DNA from: Candidatus Adamsella avium
GTDB taxonomy: Bacteria > Cyanobacteriota > Vampirovibrionia > Gastranaerophilales > CAJFVJ01
NCBI GenBank assembly: GCA_904420445.1
Contig: CAJFVJ010000001.1
Coordinates: 193,266-257,265, forward strand
Direction: 5' to 3'
Length of the DNA: 64,000 nucleotides
Shown here: positions 55,508 through 63,533 of the stretch, piece by piece
How positions within the stretch are numbered: position 1 is the stretch's first letter
How the letters are laid out: each line of letters opens with the position of its first letter
Program-made: the position numbers and the translations under genes
The notes under the pieces: generated by a model
Told to the model about the DNA's origin: nothing
Database searches by the model: none
What the model saw: only the letters and a program-made list of their open reading frames with translations

Positions 55508-56667
55508 ATCAATTCTCCGCTTATCAAATCTATTATCTCTTTTATCTCCTCCATGCCAATATCAGCATTCAGAGATAATCTTATCCGTGACGATTTCGGA
55601 GCTACGGACGGCGGTCTTATCGGCAAAACAAAAAAACCACGCTCCTGCAAAAACAAAGCTAGTTCAAGAGCCCTTTTGTTATCACCGGTTACAATCGGAA
55701 TTATCTGAGATTGTGATAAACAATCAAGCCCTTTATCTTTCAAATAATCCAAAGTGAAATTAATTATACTTCTTATTCTTCCCTTTTTCTGCAAAAGCAA
55801 ATCAAATTTTTTGCTCAAAAGCCAGTTTGTCCACAGAACATTCACAGGAGGAAGAGCCGTTGAAAAAATAAACGACCTCGACTTATTCACAAAATAATCA
55901 ACAACACTCCTATCAGCAACAACAAACGCCCCCATAGAAGCCATTGACTTCCCGAGCGTTGCACTGATAATATCAACCTCCTTCAACACACCTTCTTCGT
56001 CACTGACTCCGCAAAGATTGCTGCCAAAAACCCCGAAAGCATGAGCTTCATCAATCATCAAAACAGCATTATATTTTTTCTTTAGTTCAACAAGCTTTCT
56101 GATATCAGCAATGTCACCATCCATACTGAAAACGGACTCAGACACTATCAGCGCTCGTCTGTAATCAGCACTGTGTTTTTCTAACAACTCCTCAAGATGT
56201 TCATAATCAAGATGCCTGTAACGATAAAAATCAGCTCCCGACAACTTTATCCCATCGATAATACTTGCATGATTGAGCTTGTCACAGAAGATAACATCAT
56301 TCTTCTGTGCAAAAGCTGAAACAACGCCCAAATTGCACTGATATCCGGTGTTAAATAACAAAGCCGCTTCTTTCGAAAACATCTCTGCAAGCCTGCGCTC
56401 AAGCGTTTTATAAATCTTTGAACTTCCGCTCAATAATCTGGCTGACGCAGAAGAAAAAAGAAACTCGGAACTCCCTGAACATGACAACACAAACTCACTC
56501 ACAAGAGGCTTATCAGCTGACAAACAAAGATAATCATTTGATGACAGGTTCAAATATCTCTTACCATCAAGAAAAATATATTTGCCTTCTTTCTTCTCAA
56601 TATCATAGACATGCCTGAACATATCATGTGCTTTGAGTTCTTCTGTTTCTTTTTCAAAAATATCCAT
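55504..56667 (-). CDS. bioF: 8-amino-7-oxononanoate synthase
   Basis: 387 aa; PLP-dependent acyltransferase, DEAHAFG, PLP lysine in ATLGKSMAS. Confidence 0.9.
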   Translation of the reverse strand: MDIFEKETEELKAHDMFRHVYDIEKKEGKYIFLDGKRYLNLSSNDYLCLSADKPLVSEFVLSCSGSSEFLFSSASARLLSGSSKIYKTLERRLAEMFSKEAALLFNTGYQCNLGVVSAFAQKNDVIFCDKLNHASIIDGIKLSGADFYRYRHLDYEHLEELLEKHSADYRRALIVSESVFSMDGDIADIRKLVELKKKYNAVLMIDEAHAFGVFGSNLCGVSDEEGVLKEVDIISATLGKSMASMGAFVVADRSVVDYFVNKSRSFIFSTALPPVNVLWTNWLLSKKFDLLLQKKGRIRSIINFTLDYLKDKGLDCLSQSQIIPIVTGDNKRALELALFLQERGFFVLPIRPPSVAPKSSRIRLSLNADIGMEEIKEIIDLISGELI

Positions 56668-56681
56668 AACAATATTCTATC

Positions 56682-57365
56682 TTAAACATAAGTTCCGAAT
56701 TTTTTTTCAAAACCGGAAATAATATTCCTGCAAACAAACTCTATATCGGAAGCAAGCTTTGGCTTTATCGCACTCAATGTGATAACAGACTCTTTTCCCT
56801 CATCTTCTCCGAATATTCCTGATACTAACGAGCTGTCAACATCAAAAACAATGGAACCGTGCTGGAGGATATACCCTCTTTTCCTGCACTGAGCAGAACC
56901 TATAAACTTTCTTCCGGAAACACTCAAATCCGCCCCGCTCGAGATTGCCATACAATAAGGATTTTTCGCGCTTACTTTTTTATTATCAATAAAAGAAACC
57001 TCCACACCCATCTCTGCAAATCCCAAAACAAGCGCCTCTGATATCTCTCGGTAAGATTTTATAACACATGAACCATCTCTCAAAAAATCAACGGGAACAA
57101 CAAAACAATACGTCAGCTCTCTATCATGCAAAACAGCACGCCCACCCGTAATACGTCTGATTATCTGAATTTTTTTCTCTCTGCAAAATTCTTCATCTAT
57201 ACCATCGCAGGACTGATTTCTTCCGATTGTCAGCGTCGGATGCTCCCATCCGTAAAGGCGCAATACAGGCTCTTTGCAAGAACTTGTAATTGCTTCGTCA
57301 AACAACTCTTCGTCCCTGCGCATATTCTCAGCGCCGTCATAAACTCTATATGGTATAACTCTCAT
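56682..57365 (-). CDS. Lipoate-protein ligase / octanoyltransferase family protein (LplA/LipM-like catalytic domain only)
   Basis: 227 aa; RRITGGRAVLHD and GRKFIGSAQ (catalytic Lys) motifs of the BPL_LplA_LipB superfamily; lacks the BirA GRGRxGR motif. Confidence 0.8.
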   Translation of the reverse strand: MRVIPYRVYDGAENMRRDEELFDEAITSSCKEPVLRLYGWEHPTLTIGRNQSCDGIDEEFCREKKIQIIRRITGGRAVLHDRELTYCFVVPVDFLRDGSCVIKSYREISEALVLGFAEMGVEVSFIDNKKVSAKNPYCMAISSGADLSVSGRKFIGSAQCRKRGYILQHGSIVFDVDSSLVSGIFGEDEGKESVITLSAIKPKLASDIEFVCRNIISGFEKKFGTYV

Positions 57366-57478
57366 CCTAATCCAATTTTATAACAAAAAGATTAATTGCT
57401 GTTTGTTTGAAATACAATATAAAATATAACTTGACAATGAAATATTAAATCGCTTAACATAAAATAATTAAACAACAT

Positions 57479-57549
57479 GGCGGCATGGCCAAGTGGTAAG
57501 GCAGAAGCCTGCAAAGCTTTTACCCCCAGTTCGAATCTGGGTGCCGCCT
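57479..57549 (+). tRNA. tRNA-Cys (GCA)
   Basis: Hand-folded cloverleaf: acceptor GGCGGCA/TGCCGCC, anticodon loop CTGCAAA, T-arm CCCAG-TTCGAAT-CTGGG, discriminator U73; CCA not encoded. Confidence 0.95.
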
Positions 57550-57552
57550 GAT

Positions 57553-57584
57553 AAAAAGACCGGTTTTAAAAATCGGTCTTTTTA
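57553..57584 (+). terminator. Rho-independent terminator after tRNA-Cys
   Basis: AAAAGACCG-gttttaaaaat-CGGTCTTTTT immediately after the tRNA. Confidence 0.7.
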
Positions 57585-57634
57585 TTTTGTAACAAAGTAT
57601 CAAATATTTTTCTTAAACAACTTAAAATCAACAT

Positions 57635-59527
57635 ATGAACATATTACCTATAAACTATAATTTATTTAATGTTTATCAAAAAAATAATCATGAGGCTCAA
57701 AATTCAACTCTCAAAATGAGACCTCAACTTAGCTGCGATACAGTTTCGTTTTCCGGAAAAGACTACAGCAAAAGCCAGATAGAACACCCGACTAATCACT
57801 GTGCCTACTGCGGCGAAAAAGTTTATTCAGAACAAAAACTTCTCTCAAAAGCAAAAACCATCGCAAACCACAACAAAAAATTTCTCGAAGGCGATATCAG
57901 AAGCATTCTTCAAAACATCGGGCAAATAGGCAATGACAGCCATCTTGCAAAAAGAAAAAGAGAAGAAAACTCAAAAGAAATAAAATTCTTCAACGAGCTA
58001 AATACTCTATCAAGAAAATATCCGAGAATACTTGCGAAAGATTTGGTAAATCAATATCTGAATCCCGATAAAAAAGACCCCGTAGACGTTATCTTCGATA
58101 ATATGCACCCCATGTTATCAACAATAGACCATGTTGACCCGCAAAGAGAAAAATCTGACAACATGAATAACCAGATGAATCTTGTAGAAGCATGCTACAC
58201 CTGCAACCACGATATCAAAAATGGTCTGCCTTTTGACGAATTTTTAGCGCTCTATCCTACAATTGCCTATTTCATGCCAGAGGATAAACTCGATTTCGCT
58301 AATGTTAACGGAACAAAAACCCTCTCAAGGACAATTGAGTCAACAGAAGATATAACAGAACTCGAAACACGTCTGAAATCTCTCGAATCAAAACGTGCAA
58401 CAGCACAAAGTCAGGTTGATTGTCTGACACGGGATATTCAGGAATGTCTTGGCGATATGGACACAGCCATCCAGATGCAGCTCAGAGAAAAAAACGGAAA
58501 AGAACAGGAACTCGAAAATTTTCAAAAAGAAGTTCAGGATATGAGATTAGACCCTGAGTTTCAAATTATTTCAGAAAAAAAACAACTCTCTGACAGACTG
58601 AGCTCTCTAAAAAAGACAAAACAACAAACAACAACATCTATATCAAGAATTAATGCGGCTCTTAAAAAAGAAGACAAAAAAAATTCAACCGTTGAAAAAC
58701 TGAAGAGAAAAAAACAAAGACAACGAGAAGAAGTTGACAACGATGAAAAAAAAGAAAGACTCGGACAAAAACTCGAAGCAGCACAAGCAGCCCTTGTTCA
58801 CACAAACGAAGAAATAGAACAGGTGAGCCAAAGATTACAAACTCTGAGAGCAAAACTTCCTGATATAGAAGATTTGAGAGAACAAAAACAGGGTCTTGAA
58901 GAAAAAATAAAAGAATACGAACAATATAGAGCAGCCACAAAAGAACTGCAAGCTGTCCAAAACATTACCATGCCAAATCTGACTCAAAGGAAAGCAGCGC
59001 TCGAGCAAAGAAAAACAGAAATAGAACAAAGCCAAAGCCTTGAAATGTCTGATGAAGAAAAAGAAAAATACAAAAAATACAAAGAAACTCTGAAACAACT
59101 CGACCTCATAAAAAGCAAAGAACGTGACAAAGAACTCAGAGAAATACTCCTAATCTCGGAAGAACATTTCTTAAGACAGCGTGATGCTCTCGAAAATGAC
59201 CCGGCTGTACAAAAAGCAAAGAAAATTGATGAACATGAATATATTAAAAAACAAATAAACAATGCAGATGAAGATATTCTTGATGCACAAGACAGACAAT
59301 CAAGGCTTATAGGAGAAGTTTTTGCCTTCGAAAGGGCTTATTCAAATGAAAATGAAGAAGAAATACAACAACAGCTCAACACATTAAACGAAACTATCAA
59401 AAGACTTGAATCAAAAGCAAAATGGATAAATGTTGAAGATAAAATAAACAAACTCAAAGCAGAAATATCAATAATTGAAAAACGCTGTCAGGAAGGACTG
59501 GCTATTTTGCAGTCTTATCAGCAGTAA
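57635..59527 (+). CDS. Orphan protein: conserved N-terminal leader, split HNH nuclease motif, ~400-aa coiled coil
   Basis: 630 aa; leader MNILPI...DTVSFSG; C56xxC59 (HCAYCGEK), then D165-H166 (STIDHVDPQ) and N..CYTCNHDIKNG; aa ~230-630 are E/K/Q/L-rich heptad-like sequence. Confidence 0.8.
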   Translation: MNILPINYNLFNVYQKNNHEAQNSTLKMRPQLSCDTVSFSGKDYSKSQIEHPTNHCAYCGEKVYSEQKLLSKAKTIANHNKKFLEGDIRSILQNIGQIGNDSHLAKRKREENSKEIKFFNELNTLSRKYPRILAKDLVNQYLNPDKKDPVDVIFDNMHPMLSTIDHVDPQREKSDNMNNQMNLVEACYTCNHDIKNGLPFDEFLALYPTIAYFMPEDKLDFANVNGTKTLSRTIESTEDITELETRLKSLESKRATAQSQVDCLTRDIQECLGDMDTAIQMQLREKNGKEQELENFQKEVQDMRLDPEFQIISEKKQLSDRLSSLKKTKQQTTTSISRINAALKKEDKKNSTVEKLKRKKQRQREEVDNDEKKERLGQKLEAAQAALVHTNEEIEQVSQRLQTLRAKLPDIEDLREQKQGLEEKIKEYEQYRAATKELQAVQNITMPNLTQRKAALEQRKTEIEQSQSLEMSDEEKEKYKKYKETLKQLDLIKSKERDKELREILLISEEHFLRQRDALENDPAVQKAKKIDEHEYIKKQINNADEDILDAQDRQSRLIGEVFAFERAYSNENEEEIQQQLNTLNETIKRLESKAKWINVEDKINKLKAEISIIEKRCQEGLAILQSYQQ

Positions 59528-59975
59528 ATATCTTCTTTAACATATACATATGCTCACATAGCCTGCCGTTTTCATATACGGGTTCAGAATAGTTGTCTTT
59601 GAAGAAATTTTCTCTCTTCGAATAAAGAATAAAACCGAATTTTTCATAAAAACCTATACCGCTTTCGCTTGTTCCAACAATCAAATAGCTGCATTTTTTC
59701 GAATAAACATCAAAAATATGCTCAAGCAGCCTGGAGCCAAATCCCTTATTTTGAAAGTCTTCTCTGACGGCAATATTTTTCAGTTCATATTCACTGTCTG
59801 TTTTTTTGACAACAACACACTCCGCTATTATTTCTCCGGATTTATAAAGAACAAATATATCTCCGTCATTGATATACTTTGCAGCCATATTTTTATCAGG
59901 GTCTGCAAGCAGAAGAAGACCATCAAGCGCCTTAGTATAAGACACTTTTTCTATAAATAAATCGTTGTTTTTCAT
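59502..59975 (-). CDS. GNAT-family N-acetyltransferase
   Basis: 157 aa; acetyl-CoA binding motif A (IAVREDFQNKGFGSRLLEH) and FYEKFGF. Confidence 0.85.
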   Translation of the reverse strand: MKNNDLFIEKVSYTKALDGLLLLADPDKNMAAKYINDGDIFVLYKSGEIIAECVVVKKTDSEYELKNIAVREDFQNKGFGSRLLEHIFDVYSKKCSYLIVGTSESGIGFYEKFGFILYSKRENFFKDNYSEPVYENGRLCEHMYMLKKIFTADKTAK

Positions 59976-60057
59976 AAAAACTCCGTTTTTAAATCAAAAT
60001 AACATAAAAAAACACTCTCCATAACCAGAGAGTGTTAAAAAAAGATATAGTTCTTAT

Positions 60058-60564
60058 TTATCTTTCTTCAAATTTTGCTTCGGTAGCCCCGCCTTTTGCA
60101 GCATTTGCAATCAAAATAATCGGAGAAGCAATCATAAATGCCAAACCACCTGCAAGTAATCCTGCTTTTGCCGGAGTAGGCAAGCTGTTGAGTTTTTTAA
60201 TAAATTTGCTGTCTTTTAAAACTTCTTTTAAAGATACATATGTTTGTGACTCTGATACTGTATCAGCAACACTATCTTCTGCTAATTTAACAAACTGCTT
60301 CACTGAAAAATTATCAAGAACACCGGCAAAATTTTGTTTCATACTGCTCAAAAGACCTGAAACTTTCTTTGAATTGCCGGTAACCAAAGATGCAGCAGCC
60401 GCTGTTCCGAGAGTAATACCTCCGATTTTTGCCGTATCTTTCAAAGCATCTTTTCCGATAGCTTTCAAACATCCTTTTTTATCCTGCACTTTGTCATTTG
60501 TCATAACATGCATAGGAGAACCATACATACCGATTTGCATTTGAAACATTCCTTTCCATACCAT
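60058..60564 (-). CDS. Hypothetical protein with C-terminal TM anchor
   Basis: 168-aa ORF (likely start MFQMQ at 60549 after GGAAAGGA). K/D/S/A-rich soluble part, then the hydrophobic segment AGLLAGGLAFMIASPIILIANAA near the C-terminus. Preferred over the antisense 170-aa ORF on composition. Confidence 0.55.
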   Translation of the reverse strand: MVWKGMFQMQIGMYGSPMHVMTNDKVQDKKGCLKAIGKDALKDTAKIGGITLGTAAAASLVTGNSKKVSGLLSSMKQNFAGVLDNFSVKQFVKLAEDSVADTVSESQTYVSLKEVLKDSKFIKKLNSLPTPAKAGLLAGGLAFMIASPIILIANAAKGGATEAKFEER

Positions 60565-60651
60565 TTTTTATAACCGTGTGATTATAAAAAATTGAAAAGT
60601 TTTTTAAATTGTTAAAAGATAAATCGAAATTTACAAACCTTCATAAAAACC

Positions 60652-60678
60652 AAAAAAGAGGCTAAAAGCCTCAAAAAA
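60652..60678 (-). terminator. Terminator downstream of tRNA-Val
   Basis: On the minus strand TTTTTTGAGGC-tttta-GCCTCTTTTTT, starting 5 nt after the tRNA 3' end. Confidence 0.6.
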
Positions 60679-60682
60679 TAAA

Positions 60683-60757
60683 TGGTGGGCGATACTGGAC
60701 TTGAACCAGTGACCCCCACAATGTCAATGTGATGCGCTACCACTGCGCCAATCGCCC
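60683..60757 (-). tRNA. tRNA-Val (GAC)
   Basis: Reverse complement folds as GGGCGAT-TG-GCGC-AGTGGTA-GCGC-A-TCACA-TTGACAT-TGTGG-GGGTC-ACTGG-TTCAAGT-CCAGT-ATCGCCC-A-CCA; CCA is encoded. Confidence 0.95.
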
Positions 60758-60766
60758 GTGATTATG

Positions 60767-60795
60767 ATAATATCACAAAACATTTTGTTCATCAA
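60767..60795 (-). promoter_or_regulatory. Sigma-70-type promoter for tRNA-Val
   Basis: Minus strand TTGATG (60795-60790), 17-nt spacer, TATTAT (60772-60767); the -10 ends 9 nt upstream of the mature tRNA 5' end. Confidence 0.5.
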
Positions 60796-60804
60796 ATGAA
60801 TTTT

Positions 60805-60958
60805 TTTGGGAATTTATATAGAAAATTCCGCAGATACCGTTAAAAGTCCGTCATTCTGAGGACTAAAGCCAGAAGAATACTTTTTGTTTAGATACTTCGC
60901 TAACGCTCAGTATGACATTGTTTTGGAAATTTTTGACGGAATTTGTTATATAAATCCC
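60805..60958. repeat. MITE-like repeat, copy B (142-bp core 60813-60954)
   Basis: Same orientation and same core length as copy A (32762-32903). TIRs TTTATATAGAAAATTCCGCAG / reverse complement TTTATATAACAAATTCCGTCA. Central GTCATTCTGAG...CTCAGTATGAC hairpin. Confidence 0.75.
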
Positions 60959-61028
60959 ATTTTTTGTAATAAAAAACGGGCATAAAAATACCCGTGAAAT
61001 AAAAGATAGTAAATAGTAAGTGAAATCT

Positions 61029-61976
61029 CTACATATAATTCAAAAGCGAAGGCTGCATCATCTGTTGTCCAACACTCAAAGATGCCTGCAACACCATTTG
61101 CTGATAAGTCAAATCTGATGAAAGACCTACCAGGTCAACATCCTGCAAATTTGATTTCTGATTGGTATAGCTTATTTTCAAATCTTCATATTTATTTTCC
61201 ATCATAGTAAGAGTCTGCATCGTATTCCCGAGCTCTGTACGATACGTCAGAATATGCTGCACATCATCTTCGAGTTTATTTATACTCTCTCTCACCGTTT
61301 CATAATCAGGCGGCTCTGCCATCATGGCATCTCTCAAAATTCCCAAATCTCCGAGGGCTCCTGTCGCAATCTTATTATCAGGATTGTCAGGATCTGTATA
61401 ATATTCACCGAAAAGGTCATTCCCTAGAGGGCTTACACTTATATTCATATTATCATCAATCTGTATAAACCGCTGGTCTTTCTCTGCCGTGCTTGTTTCC
61501 CCCTGATATATATATTCCCCGTCAGCAGTAGAATAAGCCGCTGTTTTAGTATTTATTCCGCTGTAAATATACTTGCTGTTATACTGAGTATTCGCCAGCT
61601 GGGCAACGCTTTTCATTATTTCCTCTATTTCTGCTCCGAGCATCTGCAACTGTTCTGACTGATTGAGCTCTTGAGAACCTCGTGTTGCCAAATCTTTTGC
61701 CCTCTGCAATTTTGTAATAATTGAATCAAGAACACTATCAGAAGCAGATGCCTCTTCATATGCACCTTTTACATTTGATAAATATGTTTCCATTTTGCTC
61801 AGATAAGTATTGGTATTCATAATTCCGGCTGCAGCACCGGGGTTATCTGAAGGTTTGTTAACTTTGTTGCCAGAAATAAACTGTTCCTGCATACCGAGCA
61901 ATATATCTCTGTTATTGTTTATGTTTGATATAATAGAGTTATTCAAATAACTTGTAGTAATTCTGCTTACGTACAT
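61029..61976 (-). CDS. flgL: Flagellar hook-associated protein 3 (FlgL)
   Basis: 315 aa; flagellin-type N-terminus (RITTSYLNNSIISNINNNRDILLGMQEQFISGNKVNKPSDNPGAAA) and C-terminal helix; directly downstream of flgK. Confidence 0.85.
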   Translation of the reverse strand: MYVSRITTSYLNNSIISNINNNRDILLGMQEQFISGNKVNKPSDNPGAAAGIMNTNTYLSKMETYLSNVKGAYEEASASDSVLDSIITKLQRAKDLATRGSQELNQSEQLQMLGAEIEEIMKSVAQLANTQYNSKYIYSGINTKTAAYSTADGEYIYQGETSTAEKDQRFIQIDDNMNISVSPLGNDLFGEYYTDPDNPDNKIATGALGDLGILRDAMMAEPPDYETVRESINKLEDDVQHILTYRTELGNTMQTLTMMENKYEDLKISYTNQKSNLQDVDLVGLSSDLTYQQMVLQASLSVGQQMMQPSLLNYM

Positions 61977-61991
61977 GTACTTCCCCTTTCA

Positions 61992-63530
61992 TCAGCTGTT
62001 TGCAAGGTTGGTTATAATCTGCAATATCTCGTCCATTACATTGAAAACTCTTGCAGATGCTTCATATGAACGTTGATATTTCATCAAATCAACCAGCTCT
62101 TCATCGAGGTTGACGCCAAATGTCGACTCTCTCTGCGTAGTAATCAATGCCAGAGAATTATATTGTGTTTCTTCATTATTGGTAATTTTTTGTGTTTCAA
62201 TACCCACATTGCTTATTATTGATGTAATCTTATCTTCTGAAGTAAGTCCTCCGATAATTGTTTCATTTCTCATGTTGCAGAATTTTTCGGCACCTGCTAC
62301 ATTCCCTACAGCATCAGGATTTAGCGGCTGTGCAGGATTATTAGGGTCAACATCACCCACAGCAGTTGCTATTTTATTGGGATTGTTTAGAACTTCCGTG
62401 TTGATTGTTATATTCTTTGCCGAAAAATCAGCAGACCCGTCACTTGTCACAAAAATCGGCTCATCGGCAAGAACAAGACTCTTGCCGTCATCGCTCAAAC
62501 ACATACTTGCTTCTGTTCCGTCATCAGAACGATACTGCTGGATTTCATTGACACTCTGCGCAAAAGCAGCAGCCAGAGAATCAAGCTCTCCTATAACTCC
62601 TTTTATGGTGAAAGAATCAGGGTTGTTGCCTGCTATTTCCAAAGTTGCGGCAAGTTTACCTTTTGATCCGAGTTCTTTTTGGAAATCAACTTTATAAGGT
62701 TCTCCATCCTTATTTACTATGTTTATTTTAGCAGGATTATCCTCATCTCCCATTACAACTTCAAGAGTTCCGAGTTTTTCATGCCTGTTCAATATTTTTA
62801 CGTCACCTATGTAGAGATTTATTTCTCCGCTTGGCGTGTCTTCTGTTTTTACGGGAACATACTGTGAAAGTTCATCCAAAAGAAGCTCTCTTTGGTCATA
62901 AAGAGCATGAGGGTCTCCGCCCATATTAACAGACTGTGCTATCTGCTCGTTTACTTCAGCTATCTGATCTATAAGCTGGTTTACCGTGTTCACATCATTG
63001 CTTATCTGGCTTTTTTCAAGAGAAGCGGGGTCATCGATGTCACCGACGAGAGTTTTTCTGTAATCTTCAAGTGTGTCAACTTTTGTGTTAAACTCCTGTG
63101 CTACTTTGGCTGCCTTTTGAATAAAATCGGCTCTGTAAACACTGTTTGTCGGGTCATTCATCAGATTTTGAGCAGCCGTATAGTATTCATCAAGTGCACC
63201 TGTAATTCCCGTTCCGGATAATTCATTCATACAGTCCTGTATAAAAGTAGCATTATTCAGCATTTCTTGATAATAAGACAGAACAGAGCTCTCATCACGA
63301 TAATACTTGTCCATAAAGCTGTCACGATATCTCGTAATACCGCTGACTTCAACACCTGATATGTTTATTCGTCCGCCTTCGGCATAAAAATGTCCCTGAG
63401 CCAGATCAACTCTTTGCTTGCTATACCCCGGCGTGTTCATGTTTGAAACGTTATTGCTAACAATAGTCAAACCTGCCTGGCTGACGGTCATACCCTGTTG
63501 TGCTAAGTTTATACCCTGTAATATACTCAT
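61992..63530 (-). CDS. flgK: Flagellar hook-associated protein 1 (FlgK)
   Basis: 512 aa; N-terminus GINLAQQGMTVSQAGLTIVSNNVSNMNTPGYSKQRV and C-terminus LVDLMKYQRSYEASARVFNVMDEIL match the FlgK rod/hook family termini. Confidence 0.9.
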   Translation of the reverse strand: MSILQGINLAQQGMTVSQAGLTIVSNNVSNMNTPGYSKQRVDLAQGHFYAEGGRINISGVEVSGITRYRDSFMDKYYRDESSVLSYYQEMLNNATFIQDCMNELSGTGITGALDEYYTAAQNLMNDPTNSVYRADFIQKAAKVAQEFNTKVDTLEDYRKTLVGDIDDPASLEKSQISNDVNTVNQLIDQIAEVNEQIAQSVNMGGDPHALYDQRELLLDELSQYVPVKTEDTPSGEINLYIGDVKILNRHEKLGTLEVVMGDEDNPAKINIVNKDGEPYKVDFQKELGSKGKLAATLEIAGNNPDSFTIKGVIGELDSLAAAFAQSVNEIQQYRSDDGTEASMCLSDDGKSLVLADEPIFVTSDGSADFSAKNITINTEVLNNPNKIATAVGDVDPNNPAQPLNPDAVGNVAGAEKFCNMRNETIIGGLTSEDKITSIISNVGIETQKITNNEETQYNSLALITTQRESTFGVNLDEELVDLMKYQRSYEASARVFNVMDEILQIITNLANS

Positions 63531-63533
63531 TTA

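Noticed and set aside
56743-56767. Second sigma-28-like motif (minus strand TAAA-N14-CCGATAT) inside the lplA-like gene upstream of bioF
   Set aside because: The spacing is two nucleotides shorter than the consensus, the extended -35 (TAAAGTTT) is absent, and it lies inside a coding region. It is probably chance.
57479-60757. Calling the tRNA-bracketed pocket a bona fide integrative island or prophage remnant
   Set aside because: No integrase, excisionase, phage gene or direct repeat of a tRNA 3' half was seen. It is kept only as a candidate variable pocket.
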